Shown in pieces: positions 9,298-18,932 of a stretch of 64,000 nucleotides of DNA. Source of the DNA: Gaiellales bacterium (GTDB taxonomy: Bacteria > Actinomycetota > Thermoleophilia > Gaiellales > JAICJC01); contig JBJMJD010000009.1 of NCBI GenBank assembly GCA_045806525.1, positions 6,626 through 70,625 of the forward strand, given 5' to 3'. Both the position numbers and the translations under genes were made by a program. The first letter of the stretch is position 1. Every line of letters starts with the position of its first letter. The notes under the pieces are model-generated. The model saw only the letters and a list, made by a program, of their open reading frames with translations. It had not been told where the DNA came from and ran no database searches.

Positions 9298-10469
9298 GCG
9301 CCCACCCCCGGCCGGCCGACGGGGAGCAGCTGTGGCGCATCCTGCGCCGGTATGAGGGGCCGCTGGGCGACGGGACGGAACCGGCCATCGTCTGGCAGCG
9401 GGCCGAGGGCGCCACCGTCTGGGACGCCGACGGACGCGCCTACACCGATCTCAGCTCCGGCTTCGGCGTGGCCGCCGTCGGGCACCGCAACCCACGGGTG
9501 GTGGCCGCCATCCACCGCCAGGCCGACCTGCTGCTGCACGGGCTCGGCGACCTGCACCCGACCGACGTCCGCGCCCGGCTGGCGGAGCGGTTGGCGGGGC
9601 TGGCGCCCTTCGGGCTGACCCGGATGCTGTTCCAGCTGACCGGCGCCGGCGCGATCGAGCTGGCCCTCAAGACCGCACACCTGGCGACCGGCCGGCCGGT
9701 CGTGGTCGGGTTCGGCGGGGGCTATCACGGCACCGGTTTGGGGGCGCTCGCCCCGGGCGGCTGGCCCGAGTTCCGCGATCCCTTCCGGGAGTGGCTGGCG
9801 CCGGCCCGGATCGAGGACTACGGCGTGGTTCCGCAGCTGGACGCCTCGGTCGCGTGCATCGTGGTCGAGCCCATGCAGGGGCGTGGGGGAGTGGTCGAGC
9901 CGCCGCCCGGCTTCCTGGCCGGGCTGCGCGACGCCTGCGACCGGGCCGGCGCCCTGCTGGTGGTCGACGAGGTGTTCACCGGGCTCGGGCGCACCGGCAC
10001 GATGTGGATGTGCCAGGCGCTGGACGTGCGGCCCGACCTGCTGGTGTGCGGCAAGGCGCTGGCCGGAGGGCTGCCGCTCTCAGCCTGCCTGGGCACGCCC
10101 GAGCTGATGGATCGGGCCTGGGCCGGGCACGGCGATATCGCGATCGACACCCATACCCATCTCGGCAGCCCTCTGTCGTGTGCGGCCGCGCTGGCGGTGC
10201 TGGACGAGATCGAATCGCAGGTGTTGCCCCAGCGGGCACTGGAGCTGGAGCTGGTGGTGCGCTCGGCCCTGCCCGAGGTGCGCGGGCGCGGGCTGGCGCT
10301 GGGCCTGCCCTGCGATGCGCCTGCGGCCTGCGGCCGGCTGCTGCGGCGCGGCGTGATCGCTGTGCCGGCTGGGCGAGACGCCGAGGTGCTCGAGATCAGC
10401 CCGCCGCTGACGATCGGCGAGCCGCAGCTGGTCGATGCGCTGGCGCTGGTCGCGGAGGCGGCCGCGTGA
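9294..10469 (+). CDS. Class-III PLP-dependent aminotransferase
   Basis: GTG at 9294 overlaps the PRODH stop (GTGA). Motifs DLSSGFGVAAVGHRNPRVV, GGYHG, VDEVFTGLGRTG, and CGKALAGG (PLP Lys). Confidence 0.85.
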   Translation: MSAHPRPADGEQLWRILRRYEGPLGDGTEPAIVWQRAEGATVWDADGRAYTDLSSGFGVAAVGHRNPRVVAAIHRQADLLLHGLGDLHPTDVRARLAERLAGLAPFGLTRMLFQLTGAGAIELALKTAHLATGRPVVVGFGGGYHGTGLGALAPGGWPEFRDPFREWLAPARIEDYGVVPQLDASVACIVVEPMQGRGGVVEPPPGFLAGLRDACDRAGALLVVDEVFTGLGRTGTMWMCQALDVRPDLLVCGKALAGGLPLSACLGTPELMDRAWAGHGDIAIDTHTHLGSPLSCAAALAVLDEIESQVLPQRALELELVVRSALPEVRGRGLALGLPCDAPAACGRLLRRGVIAVPAGRDAEVLEISPPLTIGEPQLVDALALVAEAAA

Positions 10470-11173
10470 CCGAGTCCGGCGGCAGCGCACCCATCTCGGC
10501 CCGCTACGTGACCGTGGCGTGCGTGTTCGTCACCTGCCTGATCCTGTCGAACATCCTGGCCGTCAAGCTGCTCGAGTTCCACGGACGCGTGCTGGATGCC
10601 GGCAACGTCGTGTTTCCGGTCAGCTACATCATCGGCGACGTGCTGACCGAGGTATGGGGCTTCCGCGCAGCCCGCCGCGTGATCTGGACCGGCTTTGGCT
10701 GCAACCTGCTGGCAGCGGTGGCGATCCAGGCCGCCATCCACCTGCCACCGGCCGGTTTCTGGGGTGACCAGAAGGCGTATGAGACGATCCTCGGCTTCTC
10801 CACGCGGCTGCTGGTTGCCTCGTTCTGCGCATTCCTGGTGGGCGAGTTCGTGAACTCGGCGATCATGGCCAAGATGAAGGTGCTGACCGAGGGCCGCTGG
10901 CTGTGGACGCGCACCATCTCGTCCACCGTGGTCGCCGAGGCGCTGGACTCGACCGTGTTCGTCACCATCGCCTTCGCGGGCGCGGGCGTCCCGCTCTGGA
11001 ACACGATCGTCACCAACTGGGGCTTCAAGACGGCGTACGAGATCCTGGCCACGCCGCTCACCTACTGGGTGGTGGCCTACCTGAAGCGCACCGAAGGGGT
11101 GGACGTCTACGACCGCGACACGCCGCTGGTGCCGATCGAGTTCCACCGCCCCGCGCCCGCGGCGCAGCCCTGA
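10466..11173 (+). CDS. YhhQ/VUT-family membrane protein (queuosine-precursor transporter family)
   Basis: GTG at 10466 overlaps the upstream stop (GTGA). Multi-TM with FPVSYIIGDVLTEVWG and LDSTVFVTIAF, as I recall for the YhhQ family. Confidence 0.65.
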   Translation: MTESGGSAPISARYVTVACVFVTCLILSNILAVKLLEFHGRVLDAGNVVFPVSYIIGDVLTEVWGFRAARRVIWTGFGCNLLAAVAIQAAIHLPPAGFWGDQKAYETILGFSTRLLVASFCAFLVGEFVNSAIMAKMKVLTEGRWLWTRTISSTVVAEALDSTVFVTIAFAGAGVPLWNTIVTNWGFKTAYEILATPLTYWVVAYLKRTEGVDVYDRDTPLVPIEFHRPAPAAQP

Positions 11174-11189
11174 CGGCGACCGGCCATCG

Positions 11190-11393
11190 TCAGTGCGCCG
11201 GCTCGGACCCCTTGCTGGTGCCCTGAGCCAGGCGATCGAGGTCGGCCAGGCGCTGCATGCCGTACTCGCGCACCGGGTCGCCGGCCGGCAGGCCGCTGAT
11301 CAGCGCCGCCATCCGCTCCGCCAGCTGGTAGGCAAACTGCGGCGTGGCCGGGCCCCAGAGGGCGTCGATGTCGCGTTTGGTCGGTGCGCTCAT
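11190..11393 (-). CDS. Small hypothetical protein (67 aa)
   Basis: Intact ORF with normal-looking codon usage. No motif recognised. Confidence 0.35.
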   Translation of the reverse strand: MSAPTKRDIDALWGPATPQFAYQLAERMAALISGLPAGDPVREYGMQRLADLDRLAQGTSKGSEPAH

Positions 11394-11550
11394 GGCCGGC
11401 GGAGTCTAGATGACGGGCTTCTGGGGAATGCGTCTTCACCGAACCTTCACCCGATCGACACCGCGGCGCGACCCATACACCGACCGTGCGGGGCCACACT
11501 GCGTCGATGATCGGCAACCGTGCCAGTTGTGGGTTCGAGGCCGAGAGCCC

Positions 11551-12261
11551 ATGCCCCGCGTTCTGATCGTCGAGGACGACTCGCTGATCGCGAACGCGAT
11601 GGCAACCCATCTCCGCCATGCGGGGATGGACGTCGAGTGGTCGGACCGCGGCGACCGCGCCATGAAGAAGCTGCGATTCGAGCGGCCCGACGTGGCCATC
11701 ATCGATCTGATGTTGCCGGGGATGGACGGCTGGCGCATGATCGAGGCGCTGCGTGCCGATGGCATCGGGATACCGCTGATCGTGGTCAGCGCCCGGGGCA
11801 CCGAGCAGGACAAGGTGCACGCGCTCGGGATCGGCGGCGATGACTACCTCGCCAAGCCGTTCGGCATGGGTGAGCTTGTCGCGCGTGTCAAGGCCGCGGT
11901 CAGGCGGGCGGGCGCGTTTTCGAGCGATGGGGGACGCTCGAGGGTGGAGGTACCGGGGCTGATCGTCGACCCGGACCTCCACCGCGCCCTCATCGATGGC
12001 CGCGATGCCGAGCTGACCCGCACCGAGTTCCGGCTGCTCTCGGTGCTGGCGTCCGAGCAGGGCCGCGTGATGACGCGCGACCAGCTGCAGCAGCGGGTCT
12101 GGGGCACGCCCTACCGGCCGCGCGACCGCTCCGTCGACGTGTGCGTGCGCAAGCTGCGCGAGAAGCTCGACCAGCGCTCGGGCACGCATAGCTACATCCA
12201 CACCCACTACGGCGTCGGCTACCGCTTCGACGCCGAGCCGCTGGCCGTCGCCCCAACGTAG
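11551..12261 (+). CDS. OmpR/PhoB-family response regulator
   Basis: ATG at 11551: MPRVLIVEDD..., DVAIIDLMLPGMDG, GDDYLAKPF. Winged-helix C-terminus LTRTEFRLLSVLA...YIHTHYGVGYRF. No histidine kinase gene is adjacent. Confidence 0.9.
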   Translation: MPRVLIVEDDSLIANAMATHLRHAGMDVEWSDRGDRAMKKLRFERPDVAIIDLMLPGMDGWRMIEALRADGIGIPLIVVSARGTEQDKVHALGIGGDDYLAKPFGMGELVARVKAAVRRAGAFSSDGGRSRVEVPGLIVDPDLHRALIDGRDAELTRTEFRLLSVLASEQGRVMTRDQLQQRVWGTPYRPRDRSVDVCVRKLREKLDQRSGTHSYIHTHYGVGYRFDAEPLAVAPT

Positions 12262-12267
12262 ACGTAC

Positions 12268-13467
12268 CTAGCCCGCCGCGGCCTGCTGCGCCCGGTTGGT
12301 GATCACCTCTCCGGACTCGAGGTCGAAGAAGTGGAATCGGTCGGTCGCGATCGCCAGCTCCACCTCGTCGCCCGCGCGCGCCGGGCAGCGGGCGTTGACG
12401 CGGGCCGTGCAGATCGTCTCGTTGGCGTCGGCCACCAGCGGCACCACGGTGCTGTCGGCGGCGTCCGGCTCCGCCGCCGCGCGCACCGCCTCGGTGGCCA
12501 CCGGGGCGATGTCGAGGCGGAAGATGACGTTGATCTCGGAGCCCAGCTCCTCGACCACGTCTGCCCGCACGTGCAGGGTGGGAGAGCCCTCGTCCCGCCC
12601 CAGTGCGGCGTCCTCGAAGTCGGCCGGACGCAGGCCCAGCACCAGTGAGCGGCCCTCGTAGGCGCGCAGATCGATGCCGTCGGGAACCGGCAGCCGGTGC
12701 TCGGCGAAGGCCAGCTCGCCGCCGTGCACGGTGGCCTCGATCAGGTTCATCGACGGCGATCCGATGAACGCCGCCACGAACAGGTTGGCGGGCTCGCGGT
12801 AGAGCGTCTGGGGCGTGTCCAGCTGCTGGACGACGCCGTCCTTCATCACCGCCACACGGTCGCCCAGCGTCATTGCCTCGACCTGGTCGTGGGTGACGTA
12901 GATGGTGGTGGTGTGCAGGGTGTCGCGCAGGCGTGCCAGCTCAGCCCGCATCTGCACCCGCAGCTTGGCGTCGAGGTTCGAGAGCGGCTCGTCCATCAGA
13001 AACGCCTGCGGCTCGCGCACCATGGCACGGCCCATGGCGACGCGCTGCCGCTGGCCGCCCGAGAGCTGTGCCGGCTTTCGGCCGAGCAGCGTGTCAAGAC
13101 CCAGCACCTGTGCCACCTCATCCACCTTTGCCTTGCGATCGGCCTTGGGCGCGCCGCGCAGCTTCAGGCCCAGGCCGAGGTTCTGCTCGACCGTCATGTG
13201 CGGGTAGAGCGCGTAGTTCTGGAACACCATGGCGATGTCGCGGTCGCGCGGGGACATGTCGGTCACGATGCTGTCCCCGATCACGACCTCGCCGGTCGAG
13301 AGCTCCTCCAGCCCTGCGATGATCCGAAGCAGCGTCGACTTGCCGCAGCCGGACGGGCCTACGAGCACCATGAACTCGCCGTCCGCGACCTCCAGGCTGA
13401 CGTGGTCGACCGCGACCACCTCGGACCCGAACACCTTCGTCACCTCGTCCAGCAGGATCCGCGCCAC
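12268..13467 (-). CDS. Sugar ABC transporter ATP-binding protein (MalK/MsiK/UgpC type)
   Basis: 399 aa. Walker A GPSGCGKST, signature LSGGQRQRV, Walker B FLMDEPLSNLD, plus a C-terminal regulatory domain. Confidence 0.9.
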   Translation of the reverse strand: MARILLDEVTKVFGSEVVAVDHVSLEVADGEFMVLVGPSGCGKSTLLRIIAGLEELSTGEVVIGDSIVTDMSPRDRDIAMVFQNYALYPHMTVEQNLGLGLKLRGAPKADRKAKVDEVAQVLGLDTLLGRKPAQLSGGQRQRVAMGRAMVREPQAFLMDEPLSNLDAKLRVQMRAELARLRDTLHTTTIYVTHDQVEAMTLGDRVAVMKDGVVQQLDTPQTLYREPANLFVAAFIGSPSMNLIEATVHGGELAFAEHRLPVPDGIDLRAYEGRSLVLGLRPADFEDAALGRDEGSPTLHVRADVVEELGSEINVIFRLDIAPVATEAVRAAAEPDAADSTVVPLVADANETICTARVNARCPARAGDEVELAIATDRFHFFDLESGEVITNRAQQAAAG

Positions 13468-14480
13468 TACCGCTCCCTTCCAGGGGATGTCAGCCGATCG
13501 TGCGTCACCGCCGCGCGCAGCTCGGCATATGCTCGCCGCCCGGCCCCGATCTCGTCAAGGCCGAGGAAGGCGGCGCCCAGCACCGGCGGGGCGTCCAGCA
13601 CGCTCACACGGGCGTCGGCGGCGACCGCCTTCACGCCCTGCTCGATGTGCCCGAGCAGCCGAGGGTCGCGCCCCCGCGCCACGCCGCCGCCGAGCACCAC
13701 GTCGCTGTCGCGGCGGGTCATGGCCAGGCGGCGCAGGGCCGAGACCACCATCGCCACGATCTCGTCGGCCAGGCGGTCGACGATGTCCTGGGCGGCCGTA
13801 TCACCGGACCCGGAGCTGGACAGCACCAGACGCGGCAGCTCCGTGAGGCTGTGCTGGTCGATCGTTCCCAGGTAGATGGCCTCCATCAACTGGTGGGGTG
13901 TGCGCAGGCCGAAGTGGGCCGGCACCGACTGCTCGAGCGAGGTCCTCGGCCCGCGGCCGTCGCGTCCGCGGATGGCCGCGCGCAGCGCCTGCAGGCCGAT
14001 CCAGTCGCCACCGCCGCCGTCGCCGGAGATCTCGCCGATGGCGGCGTAGCGGACGATCTTGCCGGTGGGGGAGACGGCACAGCAGTTGAGGCCGGTGCCG
14101 CAGACGACCCCGACGCCCCACGACCGCTCGGTGCCGGCGCGGAGCACGGCGAATGTGTCGTTGCGCAGGACGACCCGCTCAGCCCAGCGGCGCGCGTGCA
14201 GGCTGCGGCTCAGGCGCCGGTCGTCCACCGGCAGATCGGCGCCGGCCAGGCAGAGCACGGCGGCATCGGCGATCGGGCCCGGGCCGGGCGTGATGCCGGC
14301 GCTGCGGCAGGCGCGGGCCACCGTCGCGTCGAGTCGGGCGAAGGATCCGTCGTGGTCATGCGGCGCGAAGCTGGCGCCGCGCCCACGGGCGGCGCCAAGC
14401 ACGCGCCCTCCGCGGCTGAGCAGCACCGCATCCAGCTTCGAGTTGCCGCCGTCCACGGCCAGCACCGCCGGTCTAGCCAA
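13467..14480 (-). CDS. BadF/BadG/BcrA/BcrD-type ATPase (N-acetylglucosamine-kinase-like sugar kinase)
   Basis: 337 aa. N-terminal phosphate-1 motif VLAVDGGNSKLDAV, then VVCGTGLNC and VVLGGGVA. Confidence 0.7.
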   Translation of the reverse strand: MARPAVLAVDGGNSKLDAVLLSRGGRVLGAARGRGASFAPHDHDGSFARLDATVARACRSAGITPGPGPIADAAVLCLAGADLPVDDRRLSRSLHARRWAERVVLRNDTFAVLRAGTERSWGVGVVCGTGLNCCAVSPTGKIVRYAAIGEISGDGGGGDWIGLQALRAAIRGRDGRGPRTSLEQSVPAHFGLRTPHQLMEAIYLGTIDQHSLTELPRLVLSSSGSGDTAAQDIVDRLADEIVAMVVSALRRLAMTRRDSDVVLGGGVARGRDPRLLGHIEQGVKAVAADARVSVLDAPPVLGAAFLGLDEIGAGRRAYAELRAAVTHDRLTSPGRER

Positions 14481-15069
14481 GCTGCTCCACCCCCACGATC
14501 TCGGCGCCGGCTCGGCGCAGGCGTTCGAGCAGCTCGGGCAGGGCTGCGGCGGTCACGTCCGGCCAGCTGTGCATGAGCGCGATGCCGCCGTCGCCCTCGC
14601 GGTCATGGCCGTCGAGCACGCGCTCGACCAGGTCGGCGGTGGTGCGGACCGGCTCCCAGTCGAAGGAATCGATCGTCCAGCTGACGTGCCGGTAGCCGGC
14701 CCGCTCGATGGCGGCCAGCACGCGCGGGTCGTCCTGGCCCTGGCCGTAGGGGCAGCGGAACCACGGTCGCGGGCTAACGCCGCCGGCCTGCTCGATCATC
14801 TCCTCGGCCTCGCTCAGGGAGGCGGCGATGCCGGCGTCGGTCAGCATGTCCATGGGGGCGTGGGACTTGGAGTGGTTGCCGATCGTGTGGCCGTCCTCGG
14901 CGATCCGCCGCGCCATGACCGGGTTGGAGCTCGCCCAGCGGCCCTGGATGAAGAAGGTGGCGCGCGCGCCCGCGGCGCCCAGCGCGTCCAGCATCGCCGG
15001 CAGGTTGTCCGGGGTGCACGGGAAGTCGGGGTGCTCGGTGTCGATCGTGAGGGCGATGCGTGCGCTCAT
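14473..15069 (-). CDS. Polysaccharide/chitooligosaccharide deacetylase (NodB domain)
   Basis: 198 aa. Motifs LTIDTEHP, ATFFIQGRW, HTIGNHSKSH. Confidence 0.75.
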   Translation of the reverse strand: MSARIALTIDTEHPDFPCTPDNLPAMLDALGAAGARATFFIQGRWASSNPVMARRIAEDGHTIGNHSKSHAPMDMLTDAGIAASLSEAEEMIEQAGGVSPRPWFRCPYGQGQDDPRVLAAIERAGYRHVSWTIDSFDWEPVRTTADLVERVLDGHDREGDGGIALMHSWPDVTAAALPELLERLRRAGAEIVGVEQLG

Positions 15070-16097
15070 TCGCGGGTGGTCACCTTCCCTGCGATGGCGA
15101 ACTCGCCGGGAGTCAGGCCGCGGCAGCGCGCCAGGCGCCAGGCCAGCAGCTGGGCCGGAACGGTGGCGACCGCTGCCGCCAGGCCACCGCTGAGCGGGCC
15201 CACCGAGATCGCCTCGGTACCCTCCGGGCAGTCGCCGTCCTGGCTGACGACGAGCACGGCCGCCCCGGCACCGGCCAGCTCGCCGGCCAGCTTCAGCTCG
15301 AGCGTGCGCGTGCCGGGCTCGGTTGCGATCACCATCACGGCCAGGTGAGGGCCGGCCAGCTCGAGCGGGCCGTGGCGGAACTGGGCCGCCTGCATCGACT
15401 CGGCCGGGAAGCGGGCCGCCTCCTTCAGCGTCAGCGCGCCCATCTCGGCGGCGGCGCGGGCCGAGCCGCGGCCAACCAGGGCCAGCGTGGGGCGGCCGTC
15501 GATCCAGGAGCTGAGGTGGTCGGCGGCCGCGTCCGGCTCGGCCACCAGGCGCTCCATCTCGAGGGCGGCGCGCTCCAGCGGCGGGTTACCGGTGAGCGCC
15601 TCGAGCACGGCCATGGCACCGGCGAAGGTCATGGTTGAGGGGCCGAACTCCTCGCCGGCGCAGGTGTCGAGCGCGATGTCGGCGGCGGCGGCGACGGTGT
15701 TGGCGGAGCCGTTGGTGACGGCGGCGATGGTGGGACGGGCGCCGGCCGGGAGCCTGTCGATGAGGCGGACAAGCTCGGCGCTCTCGCCGGACTGGCTGAC
15801 ACAGACGAGCAGCGAATCCGGCTGCAGCAGGGGCATGCGGAAGTGCAGCAGCTCGGCCGTGTCCAGCATCGAGCAGGGCCGGCCCTGCCCGGCGAGGGCG
15901 GTGACGACCGGATAGCACGCATCGTAGGAGCTGCCCATGCCGGTGAACAGGATCGACCGCGATGACGCGACGGCGTCGCGCAGGCGGGCGAGCTGCTCGG
16001 ACTGTCTGACCAACCCCCGGCCGGCCCGGCGGAGCGCCTCGGGCTGCTCCGCGATCTCGGCCACGAATCTGTCAGGAAACTTTCCTAACGATTTCAT
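15066..16097 (-). CDS. SIS-domain sugar-phosphate isomerase/deaminase (GlmS C-terminal-like)
   Basis: ATG at 16097 (MKSLGKFPDRFVAEIAEQPEAL...). First SIS motif ILFTGMGSSYDA...VCVSQSGESAE, followed by a second SIS half. The rest of track ORF 15066..17579 is a shadow extension. An alternative GTG start is at 16064. Confidence 0.75.
   Translation of the reverse strand: MKSLGKFPDRFVAEIAEQPEALRRAGRGLVRQSEQLARLRDAVASSRSILFTGMGSSYDACYPVVTALAGQGRPCSMLDTAELLHFRMPLLQPDSLLVCVSQSGESAELVRLIDRLPAGARPTIAAVTNGSANTVAAAADIALDTCAGEEFGPSTMTFAGAMAVLEALTGNPPLERAALEMERLVAEPDAAADHLSSWIDGRPTLALVGRGSARAAAEMGALTLKEAARFPAESMQAAQFRHGPLELAGPHLAVMVIATEPGTRTLELKLAGELAGAGAAVLVVSQDGDCPEGTEAISVGPLSGGLAAAVATVPAQLLAWRLARCRGLTPGEFAIAGKVTTRE
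16070..16089 (+). promoter_or_regulatory. Shared cis element copy 1 (TGTCAG-N5-TTTCCTAAC)
   Basis: TGTCAGGAAACTTTCCTAAC, 42 nt upstream of the GH4 start at 16131. It matches 18933-18952 at 17 of 20 positions, and similarity continues about 11 nt further. Confidence 0.4.
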
Positions 16098-16130
16098 TCC
16101 GCGGCCAGGATACCGTAGGATGAGGCCGTC

Positions 16131-17393
16131 GTGAAGGTTGCAGTCATCGGTGGAGGTAGCACGTACACGCCCGAGTTGGTGGAGGGCTTCGGCCTGCGCC
16201 GCGACGTGCTGCCGGTGGACGAGCTGGTGCTGCACGACATCGACCAGGAGCGGCTGGACATCGTCGGCGGGCTGGCCGGCCGGATTCTCGAGAAGCTGGA
16301 GTTCCCTGGGCGGCTGACGCTGACCACCGACCGGGAACAGGCCGTCGAGGGTGCCAGCTTCGTGCTGGTGCAGCTGCGGGTGGGCGGCCTGCGGGCGCGG
16401 CTGGGGGACGAGACGATCCCCGCCAGGTTCGGGCTGATCGGCCAGGAGACGACGGGTCCGGGCGGCTTCGCGAAGGCGCTGCGCACGGTGCCGGTGGTGC
16501 TCGGGATCGCCGAGGACACGGCCCGGCTGGGCGCCGAGGGCGCATGGCTGCTCGACTTCACGAACCCCGCGGGGCTGGTCACGCAGGCGCTGTCCGACGC
16601 GGGACACCGCGCGATCGGGCTCTGCAACATCCCGATCGGGTTCCAGCGGATGCTGGCCAAGCAGCTGGGAGTGGAGCCGGCCCAGGTGCAGCTCGAGCAC
16701 GTCGGGCTGAACCACCTGTCGTGGGAGCGCAAGGTGGTGGTGGACGGCGTCGACCGGCTGCCCGACCTGATCAAGACCTATGCCGACCAGCTGGGGGAGG
16801 AGGTCGATCTGCCCGGTGACCTGGTGCGTTTGACGCGGTCGATCCCCTCGTACTACCTGCGCTACTTCTATCTGACGGGCGAGGTGCTCGAGAAGCAGGC
16901 CGGCGCGCGCTCGCGAGCCGACGAGGTGATGCAGATCGAGCGAGAGCTGCTGGAGATGTACCGCGACCCGGCGCTGGACGTGAAGCCGAAGCTGCTCGAG
17001 CAGCGGGGCGGTGCCTTCTACTCGGAGGCGGCGGCGATGCTGGTGGAGTCGCTGTACACGGATCGCGGCGACGTGCAGGTGGTGAACGTGCGCAACGCCG
17101 GGGCGATCCCGAACGTCGATGCGGACGCGGTGGTGGAGGTGGCGTGCCGGATCAGCGCGTCGGGAGCAGAGCCGCTCCCGGTCGACCCGCTGGCGCCGGA
17201 GATGCTGGGGCTGGTCGAGCAGGTGAAGGCCTACGAGCGGCTGACCGTGGCGGCGGCGATCAGCGGCGACCGCGAGCTGGCCCTGAAGGCGCTGATGGCC
17301 AACCCGCTGTCGTCGGACTACCGGGTGGCGGTGCCGCTGCTGGACGCGCTGCTCGAGGGCAACCGCGAGCACCTGCCGCGCTTCTTCGGCTGA
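16131..17393 (+). CDS. Glycoside hydrolase family 4 (6-phospho-beta-glucosidase / ChbF-like)
   Basis: 420 aa. NAD-binding N-terminus KVAVIGGGSTYTPEL. Also LIGQETTGPGGFAKALRTVPV and GLCNIP. Confidence 0.85.
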   Translation: MKVAVIGGGSTYTPELVEGFGLRRDVLPVDELVLHDIDQERLDIVGGLAGRILEKLEFPGRLTLTTDREQAVEGASFVLVQLRVGGLRARLGDETIPARFGLIGQETTGPGGFAKALRTVPVVLGIAEDTARLGAEGAWLLDFTNPAGLVTQALSDAGHRAIGLCNIPIGFQRMLAKQLGVEPAQVQLEHVGLNHLSWERKVVVDGVDRLPDLIKTYADQLGEEVDLPGDLVRLTRSIPSYYLRYFYLTGEVLEKQAGARSRADEVMQIERELLEMYRDPALDVKPKLLEQRGGAFYSEAAAMLVESLYTDRGDVQVVNVRNAGAIPNVDADAVVEVACRISASGAEPLPVDPLAPEMLGLVEQVKAYERLTVAAAISGDRELALKALMANPLSSDYRVAVPLLDALLEGNREHLPRFFG

Positions 17394-17636
17394 CGGCCTT
17401 GCACGCGGCCGCCGTGACGCCCGCGTGAGCAGGTCGTCACGCCTCGCCAACTGCAAAGGGCTCAGAGCCCGACTCGGGCCGGGTGATGCCCTCGTGACGA
17501 GGCCGGCACACCTGTAACGGCCGGTGTGACGCGGGTTTCGCATGGTTACCTCGAGCGCCCGATTATTGGAGTCAAACACCGACTCGGCCCCCGGCGAGGG
17601 TTCGCCGCACGATCGGCACGGGCCGTTGCGCGGGAG

Positions 17637-18878
17637 CTACGTTCGGACGACCGTCAGCTCGTGGGCGTGCTGTTGCACTTTTGCGATGGCTGTGACGGCA
17701 TCCTCGACGCCCTTGAGGCCGGCCCGAAACACGCTCTCGTTCAGGTACACCGCCTCGCGTTCGCCGGCCGACTCGGCGATCGGAAAGCTCATCGTCGCCG
17801 GATCCAGGCGGTTGGCGTGCACCACGCACACCGGCAGGCGTGACAGCTGCGGCTGGAACAGGTCGTAGCGGCTCATCGGCGGATACTGCACCTCGGCTGC
17901 GATCCCCTCGGCCTCGAGCGCGTCGGCCACGGCCTCGCAGGTCGCGCCGGCGAACGCGTCGGGGTCGATCCGGAACAGGTAGCGGTAGAAGCCCCAGCGC
18001 GTGATCCGCGGGTGGATCGGGTTGATCGAGACGCCGGTGAGCCCCGCGGCCAGCTGCTCGAACAGCCGCGCGCCTGTCTCCCGCTCGGCCCGCTGGGCCT
18101 CGAACCGGTCCAGCTGCGTGCACAAGAGCGCGCAGGCCAGCTCGCCCAGCCGGTAGTTCGCACCGAACGTGAACTGCTGCTCGGCCTCGTCCTTCGGCCG
18201 GCCGCAGTCGATGATCGAGTGGGCGAGCCGTGCCAGATCCTCGTCGCCGGTCAGGAGCGTCCCACCCTCGCCCGCCGTCAGCGTCTTGGAGGACTGGTGG
18301 CTGAACGAGCCGAACGCGCCGATGCTCCCGGCGCCGCGGCCGCCCCACTGCTGGCCGTGCGCGTGCGCGCAGTCCTCGACGATCGCCAGCCCGTGCCGGT
18401 CGGCGATCGCGACCAGGCGATCCATGTCGGCCATCTGCTGGCCCAGATGCACCGGCATGATGGCGCGCGTCCGCGGTGTGATCGCGGCCTCGACGGCGTC
18501 GGGGTCGATCGTCCAGCGCTCCGGTTCCACGTCCACGATCACCGGCAGCGCACCCGCTGCGATCGCGGCATAGGCGGTGGCGGCGAACGTCAGCGCCGGC
18601 ACGATCACCTCGTCGCCCCAGCCGATCCCGAGCGCCTTCAGCGCCACCTCCATCGTCACCGTCCCGTTCACCATCACGATGCCGTGTGCCGCGCCCTGGT
18701 AGGCGGCGAACCGCGCCGCGAACTCGGCGTTACGCGGGCCTGGCTCCGGCCAGCCGCCGATCTGCCCGTTCAGCACCACATCCGCCACGGCGTCGGCGTC
18801 TCGCTGGTCGACCTGCGGCCAGGCCGGATACGGCTCGCTGCGCACGCGGGTACCGCCGTGTATCGCCAGAACGCTCAT
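17637..18878 (-). CDS. DegT/DnrJ/EryC1/StrS-family PLP aminotransferase (inosose/keto-sugar aminotransferase-like)
   Basis: ATG at 18878 is preceded by GGAGG. Motifs VIVPALTFAATA, IVEDCAHAHG, and SFSHQSSKTLTAGEGG (PLP Lys). Confidence 0.85.
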   Translation of the reverse strand: MSVLAIHGGTRVRSEPYPAWPQVDQRDADAVADVVLNGQIGGWPEPGPRNAEFAARFAAYQGAAHGIVMVNGTVTMEVALKALGIGWGDEVIVPALTFAATAYAAIAAGALPVIVDVEPERWTIDPDAVEAAITPRTRAIMPVHLGQQMADMDRLVAIADRHGLAIVEDCAHAHGQQWGGRGAGSIGAFGSFSHQSSKTLTAGEGGTLLTGDEDLARLAHSIIDCGRPKDEAEQQFTFGANYRLGELACALLCTQLDRFEAQRAERETGARLFEQLAAGLTGVSINPIHPRITRWGFYRYLFRIDPDAFAGATCEAVADALEAEGIAAEVQYPPMSRYDLFQPQLSRLPVCVVHANRLDPATMSFPIAESAGEREAVYLNESVFRAGLKGVEDAVTAIAKVQQHAHELTVVRT

Positions 18879-18932
18879 CCCATCCTCCGTGACGTCTTGA
18901 CACCCGTCCGCTCCAGGGCGTATTTTCCTCAC

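Noticed and set aside
17481-17523. Possible degenerate third copy of the REP-like repeat in the 243-nt convergent intergenic region after the GH4 gene
   Set aside because: It shares GGGTGAT at one end and GCCGGCAC..GTAAC..GCCG at the other with the 38-mer. Aligning them needs several indels, and the predicted hairpin differs (CACACC...GGTGTG). The similarity is within what chance allows in GC-rich DNA. The region does contain several short hairpins that probably act as convergent terminators.
15066-17579. 837-aa ORF, and similarly 53799..56321 (840 aa), that extend real genes far upstream
   Set aside because: The N-terminal extensions run antisense through well-supported genes (GH4 at 16131-17393 and the Cys/His protein at 55575-56378). 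They are low-complexity Arg/Pro/Gln-rich. Internal ATGs at 16097 and 55502 give products that match their family N-termini.
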